In this document: positions 1-8,929 of the stretch, piece by piece | Layout: each line of letters starts with the position of its first letter | Position numbering within the stretch: the first letter of the stretch is position 1 | DNA from: an uncultured Fibrobacterota bacterium | Lineage (GTDB): Bacteria > Fibrobacterota > Chitinivibrionia > Chitinivibrionales > FEN-1185 | NCBI GenBank assembly: GCA_963729895.1 | Contig: CAVSQB010000002.1 | Span: forward strand, 53,512 to 117,511 | Length of the DNA: 64,000 bases | Direction of reading: 5' to 3' | Translations under genes and position numbers: made by a program | The notes under the pieces: model-generated | Database searches by the model: none | Told to the model about the DNA's origin: nothing | What the model saw: only the letters and a program-made list of their open reading frames with translations

Positions 1-11
1 TGCATCTCGGG

Positions 12-1706
12 ATGAAGGACCTGCTGCTTCTCGAAGAAATCGCCGACAAGCCGATCAAATTCATAGAATTGGGCTCGGGCGAAACCGTTTTGAGCGAAAG
101 GCGGATGCGCAGAAAAGACGGGTCGGTTATCTATGCTGAAATCAGCGGGAAGAAGCTGGCCGACGGCAGGTTTCAGGGCATTGTGCGCGACATTACCGGA
201 CGCAAACAGGCAGAGGAGGCGCTGCGCGAGAGCGAGGAGAAATACCGGCGCCTTGTGGACAACGCCAACCAGATTATAGTCGTCGCCCAGGACGGCATGA
301 TAAAATTTGTCAATCGAAAAGGTCTGGAGGTTCTGGGCTATTCCGAACAGGAATCATTGACAAGGCCGTTCCTCCAATTCGTGTATCCGGAGGACCGTCA
401 CTTGTTGACCGAAAACCACGCAAAGCAGGTCAAAGGCGAATTGATACGACAAAGCTATGAGTTCAGGGTGGTTACCGCCGACGGCAGAGTATGCTGGGTT
501 GAAATTAACCCGGTCCCTATTGAATGGAAAGGCAGGCCCGCCACCCTTGATTTGCTTACGGACATCACAGAGCGCAAGCGCATAGAGAGTGAACTTCAAA
601 AGGCGCAGAAGCTCGAATCCCTCGGCATTCTGGCGGGCGGTATTGCCCATGACTTCAACAATCTGCTTACCGGAATCTTCGGGTACATCGACCTGGCCCG
701 ATCGGTGTCAAAGGATGAGCAGGCCACGCAATACCTCGAAACGGCAATCGCGACAATGAACCGAGCTCGAGCGCTCACCCAGCAATTATTGACCTTTGCC
801 AAGGGCGGTTCCCCGGTCCTCAAAACAACGCAGCTTGTTCCATTTATCCGGGAGGCGGTTCAATTCGCGCTCAGCGGATCGACTATCTCGTGCCGGTTCG
901 ACCTTGACAGAAACCTCTGGCCGTGCAGCATCGATAAGAACCAGATCGGCCAGGTGATCGACAATATCGTCATCAACGCGCAACAGGCAATGCCGAACGG
1001 CGGGATCATAGACGTGCTGGCCGAAAATATCTCTTTTAGCGAGCAGGAGCATGCCTCGCTTGCCGCCGGCAACTACGTAAAGCTCTCAATCAAGGATTGC
1101 GGCGTTGGAATTCCAAAAGAAATTCTGCATCAAATCTTCGACCCGTTTTTCACCACAAAAACAAAAGGGCACGGCCTCGGCCTCTCCACCTGTTATTCAA
1201 TTGTCAAGCGCCACAGCGGATGCATCGAGGTCGAGTCCGAACCGGGAAAAGGCAGCGTCTTTCATGTGTACCTTCCCGCTTCGGCGGAGACCGCTGTTGA
1301 GGACGCGGCCGCAGCCGTCAGGCACGCCGGCAAGGGGACAATCATTGTCATGGACGACGAGGAAATAATCAGGGCCGCTCTCCAAAAAATGCTCGGGGCC
1401 ATGGGATACACGGTGGTATGCAAAAACGACGGGAAGGAAGCCCTTGATTTTTACATAAGCGAAACCAGGGCCAAACGCACATTCGCGGCAATGATTCTTG
1501 ACCTCACCGTTCACAACGGCATGGGCGGCATGGAAGCAGTTAAAGAGGTCCGGAAATTGGATGCGGCGATACCGGTTTTTGTGGCAAGCGGTTATGCCGA
1601 CGATGCTGTGATGAAGAACCCGGTTGACTACGGTTTTACCGCAAGTATTTCCAAACCTTTCACCATCGCGGAACTTTCGGAAATGCTGAACAAGACTATG
1701 GTATGA
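12..1706 (+). CDS. PAS-domain hybrid histidine kinase/response regulator (probably 5'-truncated by window edge)
   Basis: PAS/PAC repeats (DITGRK, DITERK); H-box LAGGIAHDFNNLL; N-box NIVINAQQAM; G boxes DCGVGI and FFTTK..GHGLGL; C-terminal receiver (MDDE, ILD, SKPF). Frame is open to the window start. Confidence 0.92.
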   Translation: MKDLLLLEEIADKPIKFIELGSGETVLSERRMRRKDGSVIYAEISGKKLADGRFQGIVRDITGRKQAEEALRESEEKYRRLVDNANQIIVVAQDGMIKFVNRKGLEVLGYSEQESLTRPFLQFVYPEDRHLLTENHAKQVKGELIRQSYEFRVVTADGRVCWVEINPVPIEWKGRPATLDLLTDITERKRIESELQKAQKLESLGILAGGIAHDFNNLLTGIFGYIDLARSVSKDEQATQYLETAIATMNRARALTQQLLTFAKGGSPVLKTTQLVPFIREAVQFALSGSTISCRFDLDRNLWPCSIDKNQIGQVIDNIVINAQQAMPNGGIIDVLAENISFSEQEHASLAAGNYVKLSIKDCGVGIPKEILHQIFDPFFTTKTKGHGLGLSTCYSIVKRHSGCIEVESEPGKGSVFHVYLPASAETAVEDAAAAVRHAGKGTIIVMDDEEIIRAALQKMLGAMGYTVVCKNDGKEALDFYISETRAKRTFAAMILDLTVHNGMGGMEAVKEVRKLDAAIPVFVASGYADDAVMKNPVDYGFTASISKPFTIAELSEMLNKTMV

Positions 1707-1793
1707 TAAATTGAACGGACTTCCAAATGCGATCAGCCGGTTATGTTTGATTCCATGCGGGTCATTTTTCTTTTTCCCGAAAGGAGACGGAAA

Positions 1794-3524
1794 ATGAAAA
1801 ACCTTACATCAGCAACTCTTATCGCCATGGCGTTCTTCATCGGCCGTTCAAGTGCGGCGCTTCCCCTGCAAAGCAGCATCACCAAAGACAGCATCACCTG
1901 GACGTTTTCACAGGCGGCGCCGGTAGGCCAGTTTGTCAACGGAGATTACTATGTGGTTGGTCCGGTGACCGTCACTTCGATCTCACCCGCACCGCAGACT
2001 GACTCGCCTTACGTAAACGGATCGGTGCTCAACCTGCCCACGCCTGACGGAAAAAGCGGTTTTGACAAGCGGCTCAACGACGGAAGCGACGAATCGTGGT
2101 GGTTCAATGCAAACGACCGCGTCTACCCTCCCCTTTCCCTGAAACCGGGAGACGCATTGGTTTCCTCGATCAGCTTGTCCGATGCGCAATACCACAATGT
2201 ACCCGAAGTGATGCGTGCAGGCGATAAAAGCTGCAGCCCGGTTGCCAGCGTGTCCGTGCTCACCGTGCTTGCCGCCGCCGTATCTTCCGATGCTTTCCGG
2301 CCGTCGTACTGCGACCGGAAGCAGGTAATTTATCATGCCGATTCGCTGCAGCGGCAGCTTCTGCCGTCTCTGGTTCCCCCCAAACCGGCCGCAACCCCTT
2401 CCCTGTCGCAATTTGAAATCTGGTTCCGCAGGCCATGGATCGACATGAATCCCTTCCTTTTTGACGCTCCGGCCGAGTACATGCCGAGTTACGGCGCACA
2501 CGTGAGCTTTGCCGTCTCGTATGTCGGGCTGCTTCTGTCGCTCAACTTCACACCTGCGCAAAAGGTGAATCTCACCAATTACTTTGTTCAGTACGGCATC
2601 GATTTATTCGGATGCCTGAAAGCCGGGTACGGATGGCCGGCCTTTGGAGGGCATCGCAGCGGAAGAAAAATGCCTGTTGTCATTGCAGGCATTCTGCTGC
2701 AATCCGATTCGATGAAGAACGTGTCCACGTTTTTTCCCGACCAGTTCGGCGAGGACATGCAGACGCTCTACATCAGTTCGCTGCCGCCTGCGGGCAGTTA
2801 CACCAAGGCGTGGCAGGGCGCCACGGTGATTTACGGAGGCCACTACGGAGTTCACTCGGACGGGACGCCCGTGAGCGCCGGACTCTACGGCCCCTACGAA
2901 CAGCTTCAGCCGAGAAACTGGCCGCTGTTGACCCCCACCGAGCAGTTGGGAGAAGCCTACAGACGCTGCTGCACATCCATGACCTGGATCGGCGAGGCTT
3001 TGACCATGCATCTCTGGGGCGCGGAAAACATTTGGAACCATCCGGCTTTTTTTGATTACGCGGTTCGGTGGATGTGCGAAAACGACTCGCTGGCGGTGGA
3101 CACCATCAAGGCGCAAAGCGGATTTGATTACAGCACCTCGTGGGACCGGCAGCAGCAGACCGCCGGCGTGTTGCAGGGCGAGTTTCCCCAATACACCTTT
3201 ATTGACGACATGTGGGCGGCGTATCATCCCTGCAGCACAAGCATGGCGATCCAAAACATTCCCGATCAATCCCTAGCGCCTAATTTCGCTTTTGTCATCT
3301 TTCCAAACCCTTCCAGTTCCACGGTCTCCATCGGCCTTCCGAACTTTTCCGCTCCTGTCGACGTGGAGATCTATTCCCTCACCGGGGCAAAAGTGGCGTC
3401 TTTTCGCCATGTTCGGGACGGACGGGTTGTCTGGAATACGGCGAACTGTTCCAGCGGGCTTTACGTGATAGAGGCTGGCGCGGGAGCGCAGGTCCTGACG
3501 GGACGCATGCAATTGATGCGATGA
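1794..3524 (+). CDS. Secreted protein of unknown function with T9SS-like C-terminal sorting domain
   Basis: AAGGAG RBS before ATG 1794; signal peptide MKNLTSATLIAMAFFIGRSSAA; C-terminus FPNPSSS..VEIYSLTGAKV..W..SGLYVI matches the Por/T9SS CTD pattern. Confidence 0.8.
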   Translation: MKNLTSATLIAMAFFIGRSSAALPLQSSITKDSITWTFSQAAPVGQFVNGDYYVVGPVTVTSISPAPQTDSPYVNGSVLNLPTPDGKSGFDKRLNDGSDESWWFNANDRVYPPLSLKPGDALVSSISLSDAQYHNVPEVMRAGDKSCSPVASVSVLTVLAAAVSSDAFRPSYCDRKQVIYHADSLQRQLLPSLVPPKPAATPSLSQFEIWFRRPWIDMNPFLFDAPAEYMPSYGAHVSFAVSYVGLLLSLNFTPAQKVNLTNYFVQYGIDLFGCLKAGYGWPAFGGHRSGRKMPVVIAGILLQSDSMKNVSTFFPDQFGEDMQTLYISSLPPAGSYTKAWQGATVIYGGHYGVHSDGTPVSAGLYGPYEQLQPRNWPLLTPTEQLGEAYRRCCTSMTWIGEALTMHLWGAENIWNHPAFFDYAVRWMCENDSLAVDTIKAQSGFDYSTSWDRQQQTAGVLQGEFPQYTFIDDMWAAYHPCSTSMAIQNIPDQSLAPNFAFVIFPNPSSSTVSIGLPNFSAPVDVEIYSLTGAKVASFRHVRDGRVVWNTANCSSGLYVIEAGAGAQVLTGRMQLMR

Positions 3525-3601
3525 TTCCGCGGGGCCGCAAGGTGAGGAAGGGGTGGTGGTTGATGATCCGGCAGGACGAGATATTTGATTGTGGCGTTTG
3601 A

Positions 3602-3620
3602 AACTAATCGAATGTTAGGC
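3602..3620 (+). other. attI-like simple site (AACTAAT-N5-GTTAGGC) directly upstream of a cassette-like ORF
   Basis: GTTRRRY core (GTTAGGC, 3614-3620) with a 7-bp L-box-like sequence 5 bp upstream, 16 bp before ATG 3637. No integrase in the window. Confidence 0.3.
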
Positions 3621-4089
3621 TTAGCATAGGAAACATATGCCAATAAGAACCTTTGAGTACTGCTCTCTTCAATACCTGAACATGTGGCTTCAATACGAAA
3701 TGGGCTTCTGCAACGACCTTGCTGAAGGTGATCGGAAAAAGAAATTAGAGGCGCTAAGCAAAGCTGCTGCGTATTTCAGAGTTGCGCGTACTTTACATGA
3801 TGATGACAGGAATGTGGGGACAGAGAGGTATGAACGTGTTCTTGACATTATACTTGCCGAAGACACAATGAAAGATGGTGAAGACCTTGTTCAACGAATT
3901 GAAAGCGTTGGAAGAAAGATATCTGACAACAGATCGCTTCTTTCGCTTACAACCAAGTTCCTTTGGCTAAGATTCAAACGGCCTGTTCTCATATTTGATT
4001 CTCAGGCTCGGATAGCTCTTGGCACAAAGGAAAAGGATCTAGAAACATTCTATTTATTGATCTTTAACATATAATGGATACACGATTAT

Positions 4090-4608
4090 TTATGGCCAAG
4101 TGATTTCCGAATGTGCAATACACGATTCAAGGAGCCTTTGAGAACTGCGCACTCGGCCAATAGAACGGTGTAAATGAGATCCCAAATGATACGTATCTTC
4201 ATGGGTGCTGTTGGAAAGATCGCGTTTCCCATGAGTCCAAACATGTTCAATCGGATTGAGTTCAGGAGCATAACTGGGAAGCCAGTTGACATGAAGTCGC
4301 TTGGTCTTTTGCAGGAAAGCTTTAACGTCTGCTCTCTTGTGGATGGGGCCATTGTCCCAGACAAGAACAACGTGCCTGCGCAAATGGCGCAACAAATACC
4401 CCAAAAAAGTGACGACCTCCGTGCCCGTGATGTTATGGGCATGGAAACGGACATAAAGACCAAAATGGTGGCAGCCAGGGGACACGGTGACACTGCCGAT
4501 GGCCGAGATTTTATCACGCCGGTAGCTGTGGCGCAGGATCGGTGTGCAGCCCGCAGGAGCCCACGTTTTGCGGACGTTCGGTATGAGCAAAAAACCGCTT
4601 TCGTCCAA
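4090..4608 (-). CDS. IS630 transposase OrfB (DDE catalytic part; +1 frame relative to OrfA)
   Basis: DESGF, VWDNGPIH and LPSYAPELNPIEHVW motifs typical of IS630/Tc1 DDE domains. Confidence 0.9.
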   Translation of the reverse strand: MDESGFLLIPNVRKTWAPAGCTPILRHSYRRDKISAIGSVTVSPGCHHFGLYVRFHAHNITGTEVVTFLGYLLRHLRRHVVLVWDNGPIHKRADVKAFLQKTKRLHVNWLPSYAPELNPIEHVWTHGKRDLSNSTHEDTYHLGSHLHRSIGRVRSSQRLLESCIAHSEITWP

Positions 4609-4624
4609 GAAGGCAATATGGGCC

Positions 4625-5107
4625 TTAAGTTTTCGGGCTTTTTTTTATACTGGGCCATGTCCTGCGCTTCCAGGACGCAATGGCCTTTTCGTCTCTTTGC
4701 AGAGCGCGTCGTTGCGGCTTTTGATAGCTCCAGCCAAAATCGTGGCGTAATAGCTTCCATACTCCTACATGCGTGTAATGGACGCCGTAGTCGGCATGAA
4801 TCAGCCGTACGATACGCTTTAATGTCCATAGGTCGGTGGCGTGTCCGGCTGCTACAGCTCCTTTCAGCAGCTTTTTCTTCAGCTTTTCTTTCTGATGATC
4901 GGTCAAGAGAGAAGGTCGTCCCCATTTGGCCTGGGTTCGAATTCCTTTTCGACCTCTTTTCTGATAGGCCTGATACCACCGCACCACCGAACTCAGAGAC
5001 GATTTCAATTTCTGCGCCACAGCCCGATAGGTTTTGCCTGAACGCAGCATGGCGATGGCTTGTCGACGTCGCGCTTCCAATTGCTTGGGATTTCCGTGTG
5101 GTCTCAT
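4625..5107 (-). CDS. IS630 transposase OrfA (HTH / winged-helix part)
   Basis: HTH (YRAVAQKLKSSLSSVVRW), GRP motif, WTLKRI, GWSYQKPQRRALQRDE; ends WPSIKK at an A8 run. Confidence 0.9.
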   Translation of the reverse strand: MRPHGNPKQLEARRRQAIAMLRSGKTYRAVAQKLKSSLSSVVRWYQAYQKRGRKGIRTQAKWGRPSLLTDHQKEKLKKKLLKGAVAAGHATDLWTLKRIVRLIHADYGVHYTHVGVWKLLRHDFGWSYQKPQRRALQRDEKAIASWKRRTWPSIKKSPKT

Positions 5108-5532
5108 ATACCATAATATAACTATTTCTGATATAAGTATCCATTATAAGTTAAATGTCAGTAAGATGGCGTAGCGAGTTCACTGAAAACCGGGAAGAGA
5201 TCCGCCATTCATGCTTCAAATTGTCTTCAATGCAGGAATATTCAGTTGACCCAAGCTATGATATTCGGCAAATATCGTCGGAGGATTGGTTTCAAGAACG
5301 GGTATTTGACATTTACCTCTGGAACAAAGGAAGCAAAGCCTGAAGCGTTTGAGCCCACCACCGCACGTGGGACTGCTTGCAGCTTTACGCGTCTGCGCCC
5401 CCATATGTACAGTAATGGTATTCACCCGACAGTCACCCATGCCGGGGATTTTGGAACGAAGCTACCTCCTCACCTCACAACTGCCGCCCCAAGGCTGCGC
5501 GCAACAATTTGCGAATACAATTCAAGTGCCAT

Positions 5533-5890
5533 TGGATGGCTGAGCCGGGTGACCCCAAAGAAAGTTGGTCTGCAAGAATCCAATCTTCTGCTGTGGGGCA
5601 CCCTCGTAGTGCAGTTGAGAAGACCAAGGGAAGAACTCCGCTTTGCACGTAAAGGAGCACATGTGTTATCACGCACTTGCATCCTGCGCAGCGGAACTTG
5701 ACAAATGTGGCGATTATCCTTTGTCCAGCGTTAGGTGGACCGCAGAGTGCGCGAGAGCGCAGGGCTGCCTGACCCGGGCCGCAGGCCATAGAGCAGGCGG
5801 CACCGAGGCAAATAGCCGACGACCCTTGGAAGCACCCGAAGGGGTGGCCCGGAGGGAGACCGACCCGAGCGCAGCGAGGGGAACGCCCAA
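5533..5890. repeat. Structured intergenic repeat, copy 0 (inverted relative to copies at 36 kb and 45.8 kb)
   Basis: Reverse complement shares TTGGGCGTTCCCCTCGCTGCGCTCGGGTCGG exactly with 45822 onward, and shares GCCTCGGTGC.GCCTG, GGTCAGGC.GC.CTGCGCT, CCACA.TTGTCAAG and CCGGCTCAGC.ATCCA with the 36 kb copy. Confidence 0.85.
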
Positions 5891-5938
5891 CTCTTTATCT
5901 TGATATTCGCCGCACCCCGCGAAGCTCCCAAAAGCATT

Positions 5939-6367
5939 TCAAGTTTTTTTCCCGCCCCTGTTCCGCAGCCAATCCACGCTGTTTGCCCCCGGCCCTATCA
6001 GCACCAGCGCCAGGAACACAATGCCGTCCTCAATCGCATGCGATGCGGAGGCAAGCCCCTGGTGAGATCCCAGGTGCATGGCGGCCGCCACAACCATGTC
6101 GAATGCCAGGAGCGCACACGCGGTGCGGAAGAAAAATCCGCCGATCAGAAAGAGGCCGCCGACACCTTCCACGAACGCGGCCATAAAACCCCAGGCGGTC
6201 GGCAGAAAATGAATCCCGAGAAAACCCATTGCCATTCCCAATTTGTACCACATGTGGGGACCTGCCAGCAATTTTGGTGCGCCGTGGTAGATGAACATGA
6301 TACCCAGGCCGATGCGAAGAATGAGTAGACCCTGGTCCCGATACTTGTCCCATGAGACTGCAGCCAT
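5939..6367 (-). CDS. DoxX-family membrane protein
   Basis: GLLILRIGLGIMFIYHGAPKL, EGVGGL, GPGANSVD motifs; GGAGG RBS. Confidence 0.88.
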   Translation of the reverse strand: MAAVSWDKYRDQGLLILRIGLGIMFIYHGAPKLLAGPHMWYKLGMAMGFLGIHFLPTAWGFMAAFVEGVGGLFLIGGFFFRTACALLAFDMVVAAAMHLGSHQGLASASHAIEDGIVFLALVLIGPGANSVDWLRNRGGKKT

Positions 6368-6406
6368 ATCTTCCTCCTTTTATTTCGGTTGATTTCCTGT
6401 CCGAGG

Positions 6407-7318
6407 CTAGGCCGCGGCTTCCTCTGTCAGCCTTATGCCTGCCGTTGTCTTCCTTATCACCGGCTCCAGGTCTTTTGCAAAGAACTCCGTTATGCCGTTC
6501 TGATACCCGGGCCATTTTTCCAGCGCGGTTACCGCCGATCTGATCGCGGACGCAATAAGAGGCTCCAGCGGCTCGTTCCCATCTTGCAAACCTCCGGCCA
6601 GGGTTGCCTTCTTCCGCAAGGCGTCGGTACCCAGGGTCTTGCCGGCCGCCTCTTCGCTGCCCGTGGCATCGAGCAGGTCGTCGGCAAGCTGATATGCCGT
6701 TCCGGTGCAATAGCCGGCTTCCTCGAGCGCGTCGGACAGCCCCGCGTCCGCGCTTCCGCACACACGGCCCAGAAAGCCGAACAGCGGCCCGGTTTTTCCC
6801 CGGACCAGGGCCACATACGCCCGGACGTCGGTCGTTTTTTCGCGATACACCAGCTCCTGCTTGATTTCCGCAACGCATATTTCGTGTACGCTTTCAACAA
6901 ACCGTGACGCTATATGCCCGTTCCCCTCTGCAAGAAGCATGGAAAGGGCCTCGCAGTACAGCAGATCGCCCATGAGAACCGCATAGTTTGCGCCCCGCAT
7001 TTTCCACAGCGTTGGTTGCGATCTGCGAACGGACGCATTGTCGATAATGTCGTCATGAAGCAGGCTTGCCGTATGAACAAGTTCGGTTGCCGCGCAGGCT
7101 CTCCGGACAAGCCCGATTCTCCCGCTCTCGCGGGAGGCCCCAAAAAGGCGCGCCGCGAATCTCGTGCGAAGCATTTTTCCCGCGGCAAGGCTGCAAAGAG
7201 ACCGGGCCTGCGTGTCCGAAAGCCTTTTGTCGGAAACGCGGTCCAGGATCAAGGCCCGCACCTCCTGCACAAATGTTTCCGTGAACAGGTCATTGTCCGG
7301 TCTTTGTGAAAAAGGCAT
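6407..7318 (-). CDS. Polyprenyl diphosphate synthase
   Basis: GKMLR, first Asp-rich motif HTASLLHDDIID..RR, AVLMGD, KT, second motif YQLADDLLD..GKTLGTD. Confidence 0.9.
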   Translation of the reverse strand: MPFSQRPDNDLFTETFVQEVRALILDRVSDKRLSDTQARSLCSLAAGKMLRTRFAARLFGASRESGRIGLVRRACAATELVHTASLLHDDIIDNASVRRSQPTLWKMRGANYAVLMGDLLYCEALSMLLAEGNGHIASRFVESVHEICVAEIKQELVYREKTTDVRAYVALVRGKTGPLFGFLGRVCGSADAGLSDALEEAGYCTGTAYQLADDLLDATGSEEAAGKTLGTDALRKKATLAGGLQDGNEPLEPLIASAIRSAVTALEKWPGYQNGITEFFAKDLEPVIRKTTAGIRLTEEAAA

Positions 7319-7327
7319 TACAACCTC

Positions 7328-7438
7328 CTACCCTTCTTCTGAGCATTTGTGCACTATGATCCAGATCGCAACCGCCATGAGGCCGGCCATAAACCAGGCA
7401 AGGGCCGCGACCACAAAATACCTCTTGAGTTTCTTCAT
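7328..7438 (-). CDS. 36-aa single-TM small protein (below the ORF-track cutoff)
   Basis: MKKLKRYFVVAALAWFMAGLMAVAIWIIVHKCSEEG*; AAGGGG RBS; its TAG overlaps the GGAGGT RBS of the next gene. Confidence 0.6.
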   Translation of the reverse strand: MKKLKRYFVVAALAWFMAGLMAVAIWIIVHKCSEEG

Positions 7439-7477
7439 GCGTGCTTCCCCTTGTTTTTATGAAATCGACTTCCCTTC

Positions 7478-8929
7478 TCACGATGCAACCATCCATGCGA
7501 TGAAGTCGAACAAAGGGCCGGGATAGATGCCGCAACAAACAAGCAAAACGCCTGCCGTTCCCAGCACAACCAGTCCCGCCGCGGAAAGCGGACGGCCGAT
7601 GCCTGTCACGTTCCCAGGGTTCGGATCTTTCGGATTCGCTGAAGCCGGCTGCCGGAACATGACCGATACCACGCGAAGATAGTAGAAGAGACCGATGGCG
7701 CTCGACACGGCAAGGCTCAGCGTGAGCGGCCATACGCGGCCCTGCACGCTCGCCGACAACACGTAAAACTTGCCGATAAAACCCACGGTAAAGGGAATCC
7801 CTGCCAGAGACATGAGCGCAATGGTGAAGAACAGCGTTACGAGCGGCCGCCGAAAGGCGAGCCCGCGATAATCGGCGAGCGCGTCGGACTCCTTGCCGTG
7901 CGAGAGGAGCGACACAACGGCGAGCGCGCAGAGCACGGTGATCGCATAGGCAGTCACATAGTATGTTGCCGCCACGACTCCCAGGCCGGTGCCGCATAAG
8001 AACGCGACCAGCACATACCCCATGTGCGCTATTGACGAATACGCAATGAGACGCTTGACGTTCTCCTGGCGAAGCGCGAGCAGGTTTCCCGCAAACATCG
8101 ACGCGATGGCCAGGGCCCACAGGGCGGCGCTCACGGCACCGCTCCCGCGCGCCGAAAACGGCGCGAAGAACCGCATGAGCAAGGCTACCACCGCGGCCTT
8201 GGACACCGTGGCCACAAATGCGGTGGCTGGAGCGGGCGCTCCCTGGTATACGTCGGGCGTCCACAGGTGAAACGGCACGAGCGCGAGCTTGAATGCGGCG
8301 CCCGACAGTATCATGAGGAGTCCCACGGTCATAAGTAAAGAGATTCCCGGGCCGCGCCCGAGGGCGGCAATGGCGCCGAAGTCCATTGCGCCCGAGTCGG
8401 CATAGACCAGCGCCATGCCGAACACGAGAAACGCGCTCGCCACGGTGGAAGGAACCAGGTACTTTATTCCCGCTTCGATGCTTGCGGGCGAAGACCTGGC
8501 ATAGGCCACGAGCGGGTACAAAGCCGCGCCCTGCAATTCGAACCCGAGGAACAGGGACGCGAAGTGTGAACTCGAGGCGATTACCATTGCGCCAAGCGTC
8601 GACAACAGCAGAAACAGGCAGAATTCCGCCGGGCCCTGTTCCCTGCGCGCGAAGTAGCCGATGGAAAGCAATGCAACGCCGAGCGAGCATGCCAGAATCA
8701 GCCCCGTAAAATACAGCGAATACCCGTTTATCAACAAGAGCGGCGTCACCGCAGCCGGCGGGCGGCCGGCAAGCGCGCCGGTTGCCGCCAGTGCGGCGGC
8801 CAGGCCCGCCACGGTAAACGAAAACGCGGGCAGGCGGGTTTTCCACAGCGTGGCGGCAAGCATGACGGCAAGCGACGCCGCACCCACTGCAATAAACGGC
8901 GACAGGAGCGTGAGATGTTCTGCGGTCAT
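7478..8929 (-). CDS. nuoN: NADH-quinone oxidoreductase subunit N
   Basis: EAGIKY, FKLALVPFHLWTPDVYQGAP, KRLIAYSSIAHMGY, GFIGKF; operon position. Confidence 0.95.
   Translation of the reverse strand: MTAEHLTLLSPFIAVGAASLAVMLAATLWKTRLPAFSFTVAGLAAALAATGALAGRPPAAVTPLLLINGYSLYFTGLILACSLGVALLSIGYFARREQGPAEFCLFLLLSTLGAMVIASSSHFASLFLGFELQGAALYPLVAYARSSPASIEAGIKYLVPSTVASAFLVFGMALVYADSGAMDFGAIAALGRGPGISLLMTVGLLMILSGAAFKLALVPFHLWTPDVYQGAPAPATAFVATVSKAAVVALLMRFFAPFSARGSGAVSAALWALAIASMFAGNLLALRQENVKRLIAYSSIAHMGYVLVAFLCGTGLGVVAATYYVTAYAITVLCALAVVSLLSHGKESDALADYRGLAFRRPLVTLFFTIALMSLAGIPFTVGFIGKFYVLSASVQGRVWPLTLSLAVSSAIGLFYYLRVVSVMFRQPASANPKDPNPGNVTGIGRPLSAAGLVVLGTAGVLLVCCGIYPGPLFDFIAWMVAS

Larger units (their letters stand above)
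4057..5161 (-). mobile_element. IS630-family insertion sequence
   Basis: 25-bp imperfect terminal inverted repeats (4057-4081 / 5137-5161, 21/25 match) flanked by duplicated TA (4055-4056, 5162-5163); split HTH and DDE transposase ORFs. Confidence 0.93.
3637..5343 (+). pseudogene. AT-rich hypothetical gene (199 aa when reconstructed) interrupted by IS630
   Basis: Removing 4057-5163 (IS plus one TA) joins ..GAA ACA TTC TAT TTA to AGA TGG CGT AGC GAG.. in frame: ..KDLETFYL|RWRSEFTEN..WFQERVFDIYLWNKGSKA*. Confidence 0.85.

Noticed and set aside
4086..5144. 352-aa alternative-frame and 315-aa antisense ORFs in IS630
   Set aside because: No recognisable motifs; they overlap the real transposase frames.
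5697..5735. Conserved TTGACA in the repeat as a sigma70 promoter
   Set aside because: No acceptable -10 hexamer at 16-18 bp in any of the three full copies.
5730..5891. Repeat element as an attC site (GTTAGGT ... GCCCAAC)
   Set aside because: Core and inverse core are in the reverse order for attC and are not conserved as GTT/AAC in all copies.
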